Shown: positions 9,807 through 19,829, counted from the first letter of the stretch. The stretch is 64,000 nucleotides of DNA from Candidatus Micrarchaeota archaeon (GCA_021785805.1 JAJYEJ010000001.1:1940-65939); one strand, 5' to 3'. A program made the numbers and translations. The notes: generated from the letters alone by a model not told the origin.

Positions 9807-10980
9807 CGCTCTTCCTGGTCTCCTCTTTCCTCAAAAGAGCTTCGTAGACGCCCTGCGGGACCAGCTTCTGTACAACGCTCTGCCACCCTTCGAGCTTCAG
9901 CATGCTCTTGACGAAGCTTGAGCTCACTATCTCAAGTTCAGGAGGTGGCGAAAGCGACATGTGGACAAGCCTGTCCTCTTCCTTGGTGGCCTTGTCTTCT
10001 ATGTACATGCTTGTTGCCAACACTATCCTTCGTTCCTCTAGCGAATCGGACTGGTCTCTGGTGCCCCTAAGGAGGTATCTTGCGCCGACGGACTTTGCGA
10101 AGTCTGCGGTGAACCTGTTGCCAAGCCCCACTACAGTCACGTTAGGCATGTCCTTCGTGAGCTCCTTTAGCATTGCTATCCTTTCCTCTTCCGAGAACAT
10201 AGGCGTCTTCGAGGAATTCTGCGCTACCGCGATTATCAGCTTCGTGAATATCCTTGCACCCTTCCTTGCGACCCATGCGTGCCCTATGGTAGGCGGATCG
10301 AAACTGCCGGCGTATACCGCAACGGTCTCCGCCGCATTAGCCCTCAGCTCGGCGACGGTGCGCTTTATATTCGACTTCGCCTTCTCCTCATACCTGTCGG
10401 AGAAGAACTGCGTCCTGAAGAGCTGCTTTCTTTCGCCGAACTCGGCAAGGACATTGGCTCTTTCAGCATTGAACGGCTTTCTAGGCACCCACCAGAACTC
10501 GGCTGCGATTTCCCTATCGTACTTGTCGAATATGTCTGGTGGCTGCCCGAGTATGGACAGGTCTATGTCCAGCATGTATTTTGTATCGTTGTCGTCCACC
10601 GGGGCGTTGCGGTGCTTTGTCGCAAGAATTAACTCCCTTACCCTTTCGGCGAAGTCCCTGCTCAATCCGGCACCCATTGCCATCTCCACTGCGAGTTCGG
10701 CGCTCTTCTGCTCGTTCTCCTGACTCCTTGTATCGTAAACCACGTCATGGAACCATAATGCGAATTCGACAGCGAGTGGGTTCTCGAGCTTGTCCCTTAC
10801 AAGATCAAGGTTCTTGAGGCACTCCCCTACATGCGTCATGTTGTGATACGCCCTTCCGGTAGAGTAGGCGTTGTATATAGCCTGGAAAACCGGTATCGGG
10901 TCGCCTTCTGCGGAAATCCCTTTCCACAGTGACATCCACCTCCCCTTTAGGGTGACACTATGCTGGTGTTGTGCTTCCAT
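9799..10980 (-). CDS. coaD: fusion protein: N-terminal HD-superfamily domain plus C-terminal bacterial-type phosphopantetheine adenylyltransferase
   Basis: The N-terminal half has YHNMTHVGECL...FHDVVYD (HD phosphohydrolase-like). The C-terminal half has VAVYAGSFDPPTIGH...LLRGTRDQSDSLEE...VSSSFVKS, the GSFDPxTxGH / RG.R / ISSS signature of bacterial CoaD. Confidence 0.75.
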   Translation of the reverse strand: MEAQHQHSVTLKGRWMSLWKGISAEGDPIPVFQAIYNAYSTGRAYHNMTHVGECLKNLDLVRDKLENPLAVEFALWFHDVVYDTRSQENEQKSAELAVEMAMGAGLSRDFAERVRELILATKHRNAPVDDNDTKYMLDIDLSILGQPPDIFDKYDREIAAEFWWVPRKPFNAERANVLAEFGERKQLFRTQFFSDRYEEKAKSNIKRTVAELRANAAETVAVYAGSFDPPTIGHAWVARKGARIFTKLIIAVAQNSSKTPMFSEEERIAMLKELTKDMPNVTVVGLGNRFTADFAKSVGARYLLRGTRDQSDSLEERRIVLATSMYIEDKATKEEDRLVHMSLSPPPELEIVSSSFVKSMLKLEGWQSVVQKLVPQGVYEALLRKEETRKSGA

Positions 10981-11107
10981 ATTCTAGGATGTCCTGGACA
11001 TAATATTTAGCCATTTCGGAAATGCCCAGGATACCGATTGGTTTTGACTTCTTGTGAGATGCGTATCGGCCCGGCCTTTAGGTCGTTTTTTGTGCTGAGA
11101 TGGTGTA

Positions 11108-12589
11108 TCAACCCTTGGCCACGCCCAACGGGACCAGCCTGGCTACCGCCTTCGAGATGTTCGCGCCTTCTACGCTTGCGACCACATCGTCTATGTTCTT
11201 GTACGCCCATTCCGCTTCCTCGCTGATCAGGCTGCGGCTGCGCACCCTTATCGCTATGTTCTTCCTCTCCATCTCATCGATTGTCTTCTTGGCCGGAATT
11301 TCCCTTATGGCCTGATGCCTCGACATTAACCTTCCTGCGCCGTGGCATGATGAGCCGAACGTCTCAAGCATGCTGCCCTCCCTCCCGGCAAGGACGTAGC
11401 TCGCTGTGCCCATGCTCCCGGGGATAAGGACTGGCTGTCCTACGTCCCTGTATGCTCTCGGTATTTCCTTTCTCCCGGGTGCAAACGCCCTTGTCGCGCC
11501 CTTCCTGTGGACATATACCCTCATGCGCTTGCCATTGACGTTGTGCTCCTCTAGCTTCGCTATGTTGTGGGACAGGTCATACAGTATCCGCATACCGAGC
11601 TTATCCGCGCTGCTCTCCAGGGCTTCCTCGAAGCTCTTTCTTATGAAGTGCGTCATTATCTGCCTGTTCGCAAACGCGAAGTTCACCGCTGCTTTCATCG
11701 CCCCTAGATAGTTGTCGGCCTCTTTTGACCCGACGAACGCATAGCCCAGTTCCGGATCCGGAAACTTTATACTGTTCCTCTTCTCGTAGCCTACAAGCTC
11801 CCTTAGGTAGTCGCTGCATACCTGGTGGCCGTATCCCCTTGAGCCGCTGTGCAGCATTATGACGACCTGTCCTTCGAACATGCCGTATGCCTTAGCCATT
11901 TTCTCGTCAAGTATCTTCTCCACGCTCTGGACTTCGGCAAAATGGTTCCCTGCGCCAAGTGTGCCGAGTTGAGGCTTGCCTCTCTGCTTCGCAAGCTGGC
12001 TCACCTTGCTCGTGTCCGCTCCTTCCATGCCGCCATTCTCCTCTATGAACTCCGTGTCATCCTTGAATCCGTATCCCTTTTCTACAGCGTATGATGCGCC
12101 TTCTGAAGCCACCTTATCCATGTCCTTCTCGGTGAATCCGAGGTTCAGCTTGCTGCCTACCCCGCTAGGGACGTTCTTGAACATCGCATCCATCACCTTC
12201 GAGATGCTCGGGGCCAGCTCCTTCACGGAGAGGTTGGTCTTTATCAGCCTGATGCCGCAATTTATGTCGAAACCCACCGCACCTGGGGAGATTATGCCGT
12301 TATCCGCGTCGAAAGCGGCGACTCCCCCTATTGGGAAGCCATACCCTTCATGTCCATCAGGCATGACAAGCATGTTCTCCACTATGGATGGCATCGTAGC
12401 TGCGTTGGCTGCCTGACCCAGGGTCCTGTCCCTTTGCATGAGCTCGGCTACCTTGCTGTTCGCATATATGCGCACAGGCACCTTCATGCCCTTTTCCGGA
12501 TCAGCCTTAATCTCCCATTTGAATTCCGTAAGCCTGTCCATCTTTCTCTCTCCCGGCATAGCATCAGCTTCTGGACGTATCTGTATCAT
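11108..12589 (-). CDS. rtcB: RNA-splicing ligase RtcB
   Basis: Motifs GHEGYGFPIGG, DINCGIRL, GAGNHF, HSGSRGYGHQ, GSMGTASYV and SSCHGAGR are all present. No intein. The true start may be an internal Met (12541 or 12559). Confidence 0.95.
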   Translation of the reverse strand: MIQIRPEADAMPGERKMDRLTEFKWEIKADPEKGMKVPVRIYANSKVAELMQRDRTLGQAANAATMPSIVENMLVMPDGHEGYGFPIGGVAAFDADNGIISPGAVGFDINCGIRLIKTNLSVKELAPSISKVMDAMFKNVPSGVGSKLNLGFTEKDMDKVASEGASYAVEKGYGFKDDTEFIEENGGMEGADTSKVSQLAKQRGKPQLGTLGAGNHFAEVQSVEKILDEKMAKAYGMFEGQVVIMLHSGSRGYGHQVCSDYLRELVGYEKRNSIKFPDPELGYAFVGSKEADNYLGAMKAAVNFAFANRQIMTHFIRKSFEEALESSADKLGMRILYDLSHNIAKLEEHNVNGKRMRVYVHRKGATRAFAPGRKEIPRAYRDVGQPVLIPGSMGTASYVLAGREGSMLETFGSSCHGAGRLMSRHQAIREIPAKKTIDEMERKNIAIRVRSRSLISEEAEWAYKNIDDVVASVEGANISKAVARLVPLGVAKG

Positions 12590-12620
12590 CTTTACGATCT
12601 TTATCGTATGTGGTAGACAA

Positions 12621-12632
12621 ACCTATTTATGC
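12621..12632 (+). promoter_or_regulatory. TATA box for the thioredoxin gene
   Basis: acctatttatgc is centred about 24 nt upstream of ATG 12651. Confidence 0.4.
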
Positions 12633-12650
12633 TTGACAGGTCAAAAAACA

Positions 12651-12992
12651 ATGCAAATAGGTGTGATGATGGCTGTAATCGATGTGACCGAAGCTACATT
12701 TGAAGCAGAAGTTTTGAAATCAAACATGCCCGTAATCGTAGATATATGGGCAACATGGTGCGGCCCATGCAGGATGTATTCCCCCATAGTAGACGAGGTA
12801 TCGAAGGAGTACGACGGCAAGATAAAGTTCGTCAAGATCGATGCTGATGAGAATAACAGCCTCGCAGCGAAGTACAATGTGATGAGCATACCTACAACCA
12901 TGCTCTTCATGGGCGGGAAGGTGAAGGCGATAAGCGTAGGGGCCGTTCCCAAGGAAACCCTAAAGAAGTGGATAGAGAAGAACCTACACTGA
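12651..12992 (+). CDS. trxA: thioredoxin
   Basis: WCGPC active site and a typical ~110-aa thioredoxin layout. The track ORF (from 12438) extends into the rtcB start region. ATG 12651 fits the TATA spacing. Confidence 0.9.
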   Translation: MQIGVMMAVIDVTEATFEAEVLKSNMPVIVDIWATWCGPCRMYSPIVDEVSKEYDGKIKFVKIDADENNSLAAKYNVMSIPTTMLFMGGKVKAISVGAVPKETLKKWIEKNLH

Positions 12993-13107
12993 CGGCGGGT
13001 CAGGCTTACCTGTCCAGAAACCTTATATATTTCTTCTTCATTTCATTATCAGATGAAGTGAGAGTGATGGCTAGCCAACACAATCATACTGCGCGAATAG
13101 CAGGCAG

Positions 13108-13380
13108 TTGCGTGTCTCTGGATCGCAGAGTAGGGGCTTGAGGCTGGTCTTGCTCAGGGCGCTTAACGAAAACCAGATCCTTATCCTGTCGAGCGTCAAC
13201 GGCATGCGGAACATAACCTCACTACTAGCAGATGTAGCTGGGGAGTCGGGGGTTCCGATATCTACCCTGAAACTTAATGCAAAAATCCTCAAGGAACTCG
13301 GGCTCATAGACTTCAACGGTGCGCCGGCGACGGTTACGGAGCTCGGAAGGCTCATCATAAACATACTAGGTGAGAGGTGA
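13108..13380 (+). CDS. small winged-helix DNA-binding protein
   Basis: 90 aa. LRLVLLRALNENQILILSSVNGMRNITSLLADVAGESGVPISTLKLNAKILKELGLI looks like an ArsR/MarR-type wHTH. The start is a TTG and uncertain. Confidence 0.5.
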   Translation: MRVSGSQSRGLRLVLLRALNENQILILSSVNGMRNITSLLADVAGESGVPISTLKLNAKILKELGLIDFNGAPATVTELGRLIINILGER

Positions 13381-13682
13381 TGGGGATGAGTACTGATGCT
13401 TGCCTGTTTGAGGATGCCGTCAGGAGGAACGACCTTTCCGGCACCATGCGGCTTATGGGGTCCACAAGCCAGGAAACCCTAGACTGGTATTTAAATAGAT
13501 TCGTTTATAGTAATAATCGAAGCTTCGTGCTTGAATTGCTTAGGGGAGGCGCCAATCCGAATGCGATGGACTTCTGGAATGGTGAAACCGCTATTGAGAA
13601 GGCAAGGAGGCTCGGTTATCCTGACATCGAAAGGCTTCTCCGCAGTTATATAAGAAGAGGTATGAAAGAAAAGAGGCGATGA
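13380..13682 (+). CDS. small ankyrin-repeat-like protein
   Basis: LELLRGGANPNAMDFWNGETAIEKARRLGYPDIERLL matches the ankyrin consensus (GA.pN..d..G.TaL..A...G...iv.lL). The ATG overlaps the upstream stop (TGATG). Confidence 0.5.
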   Translation: MGMSTDACLFEDAVRRNDLSGTMRLMGSTSQETLDWYLNRFVYSNNRSFVLELLRGGANPNAMDFWNGETAIEKARRLGYPDIERLLRSYIRRGMKEKRR

Positions 13683-13683
13683 T

Positions 13684-14964
13684 ATGGCAAACATCCCATT
13701 CCCAAGGGGAGTAAGAGACCTTATGCCGAACGAGGCTCTGTTCAGGAACGAGCTTCTTGGCAAGGCGGAGGCCATATTCCAGAGATTCGGCTTCCTCGCG
13801 ATAGACACCCCGACCTTTGAATCCCTGAAGATCCTGAAAGCGAAGGGGGCGATAGGCGAAGATGTAAAGCTGCTCTATGAAACTAACGAGGATCTTGGCT
13901 TAAGATACGATTTCACCGTGTCACTTGCACGTTATGTGAGCATGCACCAGGACCTGCCGCTCCCATTCAGGCGATACGCCATAGGCAAGAGCTGGAGGAG
14001 GGAGGAGCCGCAGCGACTTAGGTACAGGGAGTTCACGCAGGCCGATGTAGACATCGTCGGAGGCAGGGGACCGGCAGCTGATGCAGAGGTCATAGCCGTC
14101 CCTTCTATAATCCTTGAGGAGATAGGCCTGGATTATACTGTCTTGATAAATAATAGGAAAATAGTCGAACAGATGCTTTCGTCCTTCGGGATCCCGAAGG
14201 ACAGGTCTATCGCCGTTATGCGAGCCGTGGACAAGCTTGAAAAAATAGGCGAAGACGGAGTGACAAAGCTCCTTGTGGAAGCCGGCATCGATAAGGATGT
14301 GATAAGGAGGATCATGGACTTCATTGCGCTCAAGGGATCGAATGATGACAAACTCGCGTACGTCTCAGCCATACTCAAGGAGGGAGATGGCAATACGGCG
14401 ATAGGAGAGCTAAAGCAGACATTACAGCTTCTCGCAGCTTACGGGCTCAAGGGAACCATGATGGTTGACTTCTCGCTGATGAGGGGATTCGATTATTATA
14501 CGGACATAGTGATGGAGGTCAAGGCGAACACCAAGAAGACACGGTCGTCCATAGGGGGTGGTGGAAGGTATGACAAGCTCATATCCTTATACGGAGGCAA
14601 GGACCTGCCTGCCGTTGGCATGAGCCTCGGCATAGACCGGATACTCGATCTCCTGGACTTCTCGTCTTCCACGAAGTACACGTACGCGAAGGCGTTCGTG
14701 ATAAACGTGAAGGACAAGAATTACGCTTATGCGCTCAAGGTGGCGAACTTCCTCAGAGCGAATGGCATCTCTATCGACATAAATGTCGCCACCCGAAACA
14801 TTTCCAATCAGTTGTCGTATGCGAACTCCCTCAAGATAGGCTATGCGATAATAGTTGGCGACGAGGAGGAGAGGAGCAACAAGGTGAAGCTCAGGAACCT
14901 CGTGGACGGACAGGAGACCATGCTGCCTCTGAGCGAGGCATTAGCAAAGCTTAAAGGCACATGA
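13684..14964 (+). CDS. hisS: histidyl-tRNA synthetase
   Basis: Class II motifs are present: RGVRDLMP, FRRYAIGKSWRREEPQRLRYREFTQADVDIVG and GGGRYD. A C-terminal anticodon-binding domain follows. Confidence 0.92.
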   Translation: MANIPFPRGVRDLMPNEALFRNELLGKAEAIFQRFGFLAIDTPTFESLKILKAKGAIGEDVKLLYETNEDLGLRYDFTVSLARYVSMHQDLPLPFRRYAIGKSWRREEPQRLRYREFTQADVDIVGGRGPAADAEVIAVPSIILEEIGLDYTVLINNRKIVEQMLSSFGIPKDRSIAVMRAVDKLEKIGEDGVTKLLVEAGIDKDVIRRIMDFIALKGSNDDKLAYVSAILKEGDGNTAIGELKQTLQLLAAYGLKGTMMVDFSLMRGFDYYTDIVMEVKANTKKTRSSIGGGGRYDKLISLYGGKDLPAVGMSLGIDRILDLLDFSSSTKYTYAKAFVINVKDKNYAYALKVANFLRANGISIDINVATRNISNQLSYANSLKIGYAIIVGDEEERSNKVKLRNLVDGQETMLPLSEALAKLKGT

Positions 14965-15010
14965 ACAGTATAGTATATCGGTAAATAAGATTTATTTGAG
15001 TTGAGTGTAC

Positions 15011-15526
15011 ATGGCTAAGTCGCAAGTCGATGCAGTGACCGATGAAAAGATCGCAAAGGGAGGGGTGCTCATTAAGTTCTACTTTGACATGCAGCATAAG
15101 GATAAGGACAAGCTGCAGCCGCTCATGGTGGAGCTGATAAACGAGAGGCTGATGAAGGAGATAGGTGTAGTATACGCGTTCGGGGCGATAGAAGAGGAGA
15201 TAGAGTTCAAGGGAGTCTATTCGACAAGCGCTGTCGTCACCATACTGTTCGAGAACTTCTTCGCCGCAGTTGCAGTGGCATTGAACTATTCTCCAGCTGG
15301 GCTTGAGATAATAAAGCCGACCAAGGAGATGCATTTCAGGACAGGTGAGCTCCAGAGCCTGCTGATGAGCCTGTCCCAGAGGGCGGCCGACTACTCCAGA
15401 TACGTGCTTGAAAAGGTCCTAAGTCCAGAGGAGCTGGAGGAGATGAACAGGTCGATGGAAAACAGGGAAAGGGTAGGAAGGGCGCTATTGGACAAGTCAA
15501 AACAGGAAGAAGGGAAGAAGGACTAA
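15011..15526 (+). CDS. hypothetical protein with an acidic/Lys-rich C-terminus
   Basis: Coding-like 171-aa ORF with ATG at 15011 (the track uses GTG 15005). No family recognised. Confidence 0.5.
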   Translation: MAKSQVDAVTDEKIAKGGVLIKFYFDMQHKDKDKLQPLMVELINERLMKEIGVVYAFGAIEEEIEFKGVYSTSAVVTILFENFFAAVAVALNYSPAGLEIIKPTKEMHFRTGELQSLLMSLSQRAADYSRYVLEKVLSPEELEEMNRSMENRERVGRALLDKSKQEEGKKD

Positions 15527-15619
15527 CGCTTTTGATTTGCTCATTACCAGCCCAATAGTCAGCTTGGCACTACTTATGCGGTTGGATCGGTTGGTTTGTC
15601 AGCACCGTTAATTTGAGCT

Positions 15620-16147
15620 CTATCTGGGCATGCGACCCGTCATGCATACTTTGATTATGTGGTCGTACCTCAGAGAGTCGCGCACCGCCTTTCTTATCGG
15701 AATCCGTTTGTTCTCGAACATCGCCAGGACCTGCCTGTTTCCGATACCTGACCTCGTCATGTGTTCCTTGCGCGTCATATACTCCAACACACGCTTCTTA
15801 GGCCGTTGCGAATCACGATTGACATATGCGGCTGCGAACAGGAATGCCGCGCCTTCGAAAAATTCCCCGATCCGTTCGGTGGCTTTTTTACCCAATGGTC
15901 TCCTGAGCCTTTTCCAGAAAAGCATATCCTGGGTATAATGCAGGAACTCGTGCGCCACCATCTCGCCGATTCCGAGATTCTCAGGATTGTAACCCGGGTT
16001 TATGAATATCGTGTCGTATGAGTACCATGCCGCGTCATTCTCTCCAGAGGATTTCTTTATACCAGGCATGCTCATCTTTATCCCTGTAAGCTTCTGGAAA
16101 AAGGCATAGACGCTAGAAAGTTCGTCGTGAAGCTTATTTCGGGCCAT
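15620..16147 (-). CDS. putative zinc metallopeptidase-like protein (HExxH)
   Basis: GEMVAHEFLHYTQD contains an HExxH motif. The ORF-track start at 16192 overlaps the cysS 3' end by 59 nt. An internal Met at 16147 reduces the overlap to 14 nt. Confidence 0.4.
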   Translation of the reverse strand: MARNKLHDELSSVYAFFQKLTGIKMSMPGIKKSSGENDAAWYSYDTIFINPGYNPENLGIGEMVAHEFLHYTQDMLFWKRLRRPLGKKATERIGEFFEGAAFLFAAAYVNRDSQRPKKRVLEYMTRKEHMTRSGIGNRQVLAMFENKRIPIRKAVRDSLRYDHIIKVCMTGRMPR

Positions 16148-17585
16148 AGTTGTCAACCTTGTACCACACAGGTCCATAACTCGTGTCTTCAAGCACTATC
16201 TCGTATTCTTTCTTCAGCTGCGCCCTAAGGGCATCTGCCTGGTCAAAATTCTTTGCCTTTCTTAGCGCCTCCCTCTTCCTCATCAGAGCCTCAGCTTCGG
16301 CAGGCAGCCTCTCTTTGTACGTGTTCTCTTGCAGTATCCCGAATATCCCAGCCATCTGGAGTGCGGCATCTATCGCATCCTTCTTGGCCTTCTCCCCTAT
16401 TTGGGTGTGTGCCTCTGCGAAACTGCGGAGTTTGCTTATGAAGTCGACCAGCCCGGTAAGCGCAAGTGAGGTGTTGAAGTCGTTGTTCATGGCTTCCGTG
16501 AATTCCGTTATGGATGTCCTAGAGGACTCTTCTATTGCCTTATCGTCGCTTGTCGGATTCCTGGTCTCACCCATATTATAGAATATGCTGAACGACGAGT
16601 ACAGGTACCTTAACTTCTTCAACGCCTCAGACATCGTCGACTCCTTATAGTTGACGTCTTTCCTGTAGTGCGTTGCCGCATAGAACAGTCGCAACGCTTC
16701 TGGCGGGTACTTTTCCAATGCTTCGCGTATCGTGACGAAGTTCTTTAGGCTCTTGCTCATCTTGGCGTCATTTACGTTGAAAACCCCGCAGTGCAGCCAA
16801 TACCTGACGAACGGCGCTTTCCCGAATGCCGCTTCAGCCTGGGCGATCTCATTGGTATGATGAGGGAATATGAGTTCTGACGCTCCTCCGTGGATGTCGT
16901 AGGTTGGGCCGAATATCTTCCAGGTCATGGCTGTATCCTCTATGTGCCAACCTGGCCTTCCAGAGAGCTTGACTTCCTTACCGTCCACCTTAAGCGTTAT
17001 CCCCCACTGCGGTTCGCCGGGCTTGGCAGCCTTCCATAGTGCAAAGTCGTAAGCGTTCCTCTTCCCTTCCTTCGGCTCTATCCTGTGCCTCTCGAGCTCT
17101 GATAGCTTCATCCTGGAAAGTTTGGTGTAATCCTCGAACTTAGATACGTCATAGTAGACGTCGCCGTCAATCGTATAGGCGTAACCCTTGTCCATCAACA
17201 TCTGGATTTGCTCCTGCATCTCCTTTATGTAGTCCATGGACCTAGGATATTCATCTACATCCTGTTTGACTCCGAGTTTCGTCATGTCCTCAAGCAGGCG
17301 TTTTTCGTATTCCCGGGCAAGCGCGGTAGCGTCCATACCCTGCTCGTTCGCCCTCTTGATTATCTTATCATCTATGTCCGTGATGTTCTGTACGTAACGC
17401 ACCTTGTAACCAATATGGCGCAGCCACCTCACTATAAAATCGAAGTCGATATACGCCTTTGCGTGCCCTAAATGCGCATCGTCGTATACCGTAGAGCCGC
17501 AGACGAACATGTTTACGGTGTTGTCACTCATCGGTTTGAACTCCTCCTTCTTACGGGTAAGGGTGTTGTATACGATAAGCGCCAT
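16134..17585 (-). CDS. cysS: cysteinyl-tRNA synthetase
   Basis: Class I motifs HLGHA and KMSKS are present. The N-terminus LIVYNTLTRKKEEF is typical of CysRS. Confidence 0.95.
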   Translation of the reverse strand: MALIVYNTLTRKKEEFKPMSDNTVNMFVCGSTVYDDAHLGHAKAYIDFDFIVRWLRHIGYKVRYVQNITDIDDKIIKRANEQGMDATALAREYEKRLLEDMTKLGVKQDVDEYPRSMDYIKEMQEQIQMLMDKGYAYTIDGDVYYDVSKFEDYTKLSRMKLSELERHRIEPKEGKRNAYDFALWKAAKPGEPQWGITLKVDGKEVKLSGRPGWHIEDTAMTWKIFGPTYDIHGGASELIFPHHTNEIAQAEAAFGKAPFVRYWLHCGVFNVNDAKMSKSLKNFVTIREALEKYPPEALRLFYAATHYRKDVNYKESTMSEALKKLRYLYSSFSIFYNMGETRNPTSDDKAIEESSRTSITEFTEAMNNDFNTSLALTGLVDFISKLRSFAEAHTQIGEKAKKDAIDAALQMAGIFGILQENTYKERLPAEAEALMRKREALRKAKNFDQADALRAQLKKEYEIVLEDTSYGPVWYKVDNYGPK

Positions 17586-18017
17586 TGGACCACAGCTATT
17601 GCATTTAGCTAATGCATCTCTCTTTTAAAAGGATTCTGTCTGAAGTAATTGCTAAACCGCTCATTTCCTATCCCTGTGGTTTCTGTGGCGTATCTTTTAT
17701 TCCGTCCAACACAGATGGTGCCTCTTTGATATGTTTCACAAGTCCCTAATCCGTCGCTATGTTTTTAACATTGTCGCAGGGAACACCGTACGGTAACTTC
17801 TCACCCCAACGTGGCATTATCCCGGATACCATCCTTTTCATGAAGTTGATGATTTCCTCGTATTTTAAGAAAGCTACCCATCCCGCAAGCAGGGCGTTTG
17901 CACCAAGCGATATCGGTGAACCCTCTTTCGGATTTAGTCTTTGTGAGAACCTTTTGTCACATTGCAGTGGCAAACCTTACCTGCACACTTGCTTTTTATA
18001 TCTTGGTTTGGTTAGTC

Positions 18018-19013
18018 ATGAATGAGGGTCCTAGCATGGAGACTATAATAGAGGCAAAATGCCTCACCAAGAAGTTCAGGACAAAGCACAAGGCAGCAGG
18101 GCTTCTGGGAAGCATGAAATCGGTAATCAGGCCAGAGATGAAGGAACACATAGCCGTAGATAACATATCGTTCAGTGTCCAGAGAGGAGAGGTTGTCGGC
18201 TTCCTCGGCCCGAACGGAGCAGGAAAGAGCACCACGATAAAGATGCTTATAGGGATACTGTTCCCGGATGGAGGCGAGGTCTCGGTACTGGGGATGAAGC
18301 CCTGGAAGCGGAGGCAGCAGCTCGCATTCAAGCTTGGTGCGGTCTTCGGCCAGAAGCCGCAGCTATGGTATCACCTGCCCGCAATCGATACCTTCAATCT
18401 TATGTCCAAGATATACGAAATCGAGCCTAGTCGGTATAGGAGGAGGCTGGACTACCTGGTGGACCTGTTCGACATAGACTATCTTGATGTCCCAGTAAGG
18501 AGGCTGTCTCTCGGGCAACGAATGAGGGCGGAGGTAGTGGCATCTCTGCTTCACGAGCCTGAGATACTGCTGCTTGACGAACCGACCATCGGTCTTGACA
18601 TAATAGCGAAGCAGAAAATGCGCGACCTAATAAAGAGGCTCAACAAGGATGAGAAGGTCACCGTGTTCCTTACATCGCACGACATGGACGATGTTGAAAA
18701 ACTATGCAAACGCATAATGGTAATAAACGATGGTAAGATAGTGTTCAACGGAACCATAGACTCGCTTCGCAATGGCTACTTACTGAGCAAGGAGATTGAC
18801 GTAAAGTTCAGCAGTGCGCCCAAGAGGTTCTCATTCCCGGGGGCGAAAGTCACAAAGCGAGGAAGCTATAGCCTTTCCATACAGTTGCAGCAAGGCAAGG
18901 GCAAGATAAGCGAACTGATAGACTACCTGACAGATAACTTCGAGGTGCTCGATGTTAACATCTCCGACCCTTCGGTAGAGGACATAGTGGCGAAGATATA
19001 CAGGGGAAGATGA
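18018..19013 (+). CDS. ABC transporter ATP-binding protein (ABC-2 type)
   Basis: Walker A GPNGAGKST, signature LSLGQRMR and Walker B LLLDEPT are present. I prefer the start at ATG 18018 or 18036 over 17898. Confidence 0.9.
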   Translation: MNEGPSMETIIEAKCLTKKFRTKHKAAGLLGSMKSVIRPEMKEHIAVDNISFSVQRGEVVGFLGPNGAGKSTTIKMLIGILFPDGGEVSVLGMKPWKRRQQLAFKLGAVFGQKPQLWYHLPAIDTFNLMSKIYEIEPSRYRRRLDYLVDLFDIDYLDVPVRRLSLGQRMRAEVVASLLHEPEILLLDEPTIGLDIIAKQKMRDLIKRLNKDEKVTVFLTSHDMDDVEKLCKRIMVINDGKIVFNGTIDSLRNGYLLSKEIDVKFSSAPKRFSFPGAKVTKRGSYSLSIQLQQGKGKISELIDYLTDNFEVLDVNISDPSVEDIVAKIYRGR

Positions 19014-19031
19014 CACTGTTATGGTGATGCG

Positions 19032-19829
19032 ATGTCGCTTGCAAAGTATTATGAGATTACCAAGGTCGAAGTGCTCAATACGCTTGCGTATCCGTACAAC
19101 CTCTTCGGCAGGGGGCTCTTCATAGCCCTTATCATTTTCATATTCTTCAACCTATGGAGCGTCATTTACAGGGAAGGAGGCAGCGGCATACTGGGCTTCT
19201 CGCTAGTTACACTGATATGGTATCTGGCCATGTCTGAATCAGCAGCAAACGGAAGCATGAGCACGGATTTGGTGCGGAAGATATCGGAGGGTATACAGAC
19301 TGGAGACATAGCTTACACACTCAACAGGCCATACAACTTCATGATATACCAATTCGCCTACTCGATGGGGACGAACACACTGGTCACTGTGGTGGTTTTT
19401 GCATTCACAGGAATTGCATCGTACCTGCTTGTAGGCCCGTTACAGATAAATATGATTGCGGTCCCGTTTGTGATTATATCTATAGTTCTCGCTTTAGTGC
19501 TCGGATTCCTGATGAACTTCGCAATAGGAATCCTGGCATTCTGGTTCGAGGAGGTGAGGTCGGTAAGGTGGATAAACGAGAAGTTCATATTTGTGCTCGG
19601 GGGCATGCTCGTCCCGATAAACTTATTTCCCGGGGTGCTCAGGCAGATAGCCTTGCTACTGCCTTTCAGCTACATGTCCTATGCTCCGGCTTATCTCATG
19701 GTTAACTTCAGCCTTCCGTTCTTCATACAGAGCGTGCTGATGCAGCTGATGTGGATAGCGGTATACGCTGTTGTTGCTTATGGGATGTACAGGAAAGGGA
19801 TCAAGAGGGTGTCTACGAATGGGGGCTAG
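19032..19829 (+). CDS. ABC-2 family transporter permease
   Basis: 265-aa polytopic membrane protein immediately downstream of the ATPase. Confidence 0.75.
   Translation: MSLAKYYEITKVEVLNTLAYPYNLFGRGLFIALIIFIFFNLWSVIYREGGSGILGFSLVTLIWYLAMSESAANGSMSTDLVRKISEGIQTGDIAYTLNRPYNFMIYQFAYSMGTNTLVTVVVFAFTGIASYLLVGPLQINMIAVPFVIISIVLALVLGFLMNFAIGILAFWFEEVRSVRWINEKFIFVLGGMLVPINLFPGVLRQIALLLPFSYMSYAPAYLMVNFSLPFFIQSVLMQLMWIAVYAVVAYGMYRKGIKRVSTNGG

Noticed and set aside
17746-17973. A 75-aa minus-strand ORF in the 430-bp gap between cysS and the ABC transporter.
   Set aside because: No recognisable motif, promoter or ribosome-binding context. It could be a gene remnant, but the support is too weak to report as a feature.
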